This document shows, piece after piece, positions 61,951 through 64,000 of a DNA stretch of 64,000 nt. Under the pieces are notes generated by a model. The model was not told the origin of the DNA, made no database searches, and saw nothing but the letters and a program-made list of their open reading frames with translations. Source of the DNA: Trichosphaerium sp. ATCC 40318. Taxonomy: Eukaryota > Protista > Tubulinea. The translations under genes and the position numbers were made by a program. How positions within the stretch are numbered: position 1 is the first letter of the stretch; each line of letters starts with the position of its first letter. The DNA lies in the NCBI GenBank assembly GCA_038496445.1, contig JALMLS010000056.1, positions 310,001 to 374,000 on the forward strand, written 5' to 3'.

Positions 61951-64000
61951 ATGTCAGTTCAAGATCCTCTCCTAACCGAAGACTATGAGAAGGAGAGTTC
62001 AAAAAGAGGTGGTAGACAGGTACACGCATGGATTGTTAATTTCTCATTTACCATAGTGCCTATGTGTTGTTATAACCATTGTTTCAACAGTTTTTGTAGT
62101 ATTATTGTGTCTCGTAGCGATATTGGGATTGGTACACGAAATAAATGTAAAGTTGCTTTAGACTAACCTACGTAGACCATACAGTTCTATGCCGGTCCCA
62201 AGATGGCAAATGACGCATTACATCACGCTACACTCGAATTTACGAGAATCGAACTCGCAAACCCAACAGAGACCAGTATTGATATCTGCGCATCGTTATC
62301 TATTCTCAATGGAGGTAGTTTCGCCGCGAGCATCGACCAGGTTCGGACCAACTTTCCTACGCGTGTGTAAACGTTGTAGGCTACATTGCAAGTGTCACAT
62401 GGAGGAATAGTATTTGGGTCAATGAATTTGCCTGCAACAACCCTAAACGCGTACGAAACTTGTTGATAGGCGTAATAATCACAACATAATAGATACGTAC
62501 CGACAACAGTAAAGGTGAACGACACTCTTCAAATATCCCATGCTGAAGGATTCAGCGCCATGGCGAAAGAGCTTATAGCAGGTAAAACTGTAGTTTGGCA
62601 CGTGAAGGCACGATAAAATGGACGCAATGGCGTGCTATATTTACTAACATTACCTTAGGCTGAGAAAGTGCCTGTCAAAGCTTTCTTTTTTAAACTGAAA
62701 GTAAGCATTGAAAAGGACATTGCTATAAGGAGCGCACCCATATCAAACTTTAGAGGATTTAATATTTCAACTTACAAGGCCGACAAAGGCACGTGATATC
62801 CAAATTTATTTTCGACTTGAAAAACACGCTGCATTTTTTGCTTATTATGACGCTAGACAAGGCTTATGGACGCATGACTGTTGCTTTTGATAATCCTGGT
62901 ATTATTGCACTTAGGAACATTGGTCCTGCTTCCTTTGGTATAAAATACAAAGGGCAAATCATTGGTTAGTTCGATTGTCGTTATTAAAGCCATTAACAAC
63001 GAATACAGGTGAAGCACATTTGGACAACTTTAGTGTTGGATTTGGCAACAATAGCATCCTTGGATCTGCTATCATCTCAAAATCCCCGTCAAATGAATCA
63101 GACCCATTAATTGATGATTTCTTCTCACACTGGGTGGTAAGAAAGAAAACAAACTACTATTTTAATGAAACTTACTGACAACTGAAAGATCGGTGAAACT
63201 CTCACTGCTGGTTTTGAAGGCCCTACAAATGCATCAGCATCTTATTTGATAAATCTTGTATCACAACAGGCAACTATTATTGGATACACAGGAGCTCCAT
63301 TTGTATCTGGAGCATTATTTAACGACAGCAATTTTCTTACTGGAGGTAAACTATTTATTCACTTCTAACCTCTACTAAACACCATTTGTAGTTTTTGTAG
63401 ATATCTATAACCCTTTCGCTGTCTCTTTGGATGTAGATAAAGTTTCATTTGCAGCAGGCATTGACGGCAGTTTTATAGCCGCTGGTAGCTACCTGGACAA
63501 CAAGTGTTTATCAAGTACCCACTTAGTTTGTTTTTTCTGGCTAAACCAAGTTAGGTGATTCATTTGGTGTAATTGGATCACAACAGAAAATACATGTTTC
63601 TGGAACGGTACTAAGTTGTATTACAGAGCGCTTGATTTTTCTGAGACAGATGCTTAGAGTCATACACTAATTAGAGCGCTTCCATTGTCTTTTCCAAAGC
63701 CATGTAATGGTAACAGGCTTTGGGGAATGTATTGTTTAGCATTAGATGCAAACAACCGAAATAAAACAGGACTGGCATCTGTGTTAAAGATAAACGGCAC
63801 AATGGACGCCAGATTAGATGGTAAATTCCCTGTGTCATTACTATACTCTCAAGTACAGCACCAAACTTCATAATCAATAAGTATTAACCTAGTTTAGAAC
63901 GCTATTCGACTTGGCTTGGATTGGCCCGTAGAAGAGGATAATTTAAGGTGTAATCATGACTTGAATATGTCGTATTATCCAATGTGCCACACTCAAACAG
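61951..64000 (+). CDS. Type II membrane protein with DUF3712/LEA_2-like repeats (3' end beyond or near window edge)
   Basis: Short cytosolic N-terminus and TM, then YAGPKMANDALHHATLEF, FGSMNLP, TLQISHAEGFSAMAKELI, FDNPGIIALRNIG and VDIYNPFAVSLDV. Confidence 0.65.

Overview
AT-rich eukaryotic genomic DNA, gene-dense, with many short (~40-80 bp) spliceosomal introns. The gene repertoire (EF-hand/SH2 modules, RasGEF, C2-arrestin, IP3R) looks like an amoebozoan-type protist; this is inference only. Gene models were spliced by hand, so some exon boundaries are approximate, and a few homopolymer frameshifts may be assembly errors. Host genes: 3' part of an IP3 receptor, a TPR-IQ-F-box/MORN chimera, mitochondrial thioredoxin, C2-type phospholipase D, a small Cys-rich membrane protein, an inactive reprolysin-mucin, a dual-specificity phosphatase, a stand-alone M35 prodomain, an 8.5-kb ankyrin/pseudoGTPase/PH/pseudoRhoGAP/2xSH2/RasGEF gene, a Sec7-PH ArfGEF, a PX-C2-arrestin, a DUF4397 membrane protein, MYND, F-box/LRR, cupin, JmjC, NFXL1 and a DUF3712-like gene. 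The standout is an apparently intact 7,318-bp PIF/Harbinger/ISL2EU-type DNA transposon at 40422-47739. It has 45-bp TIRs, an AAA target-site duplication and five tightly packed intron-containing genes: a transposase, a Myb-like protein and three extra ORFs, one with a Tudor-like segment. It also carries an internal array of 11-bp-phased palindromic motifs. No rRNA, tRNA or CRISPR array was recognised.
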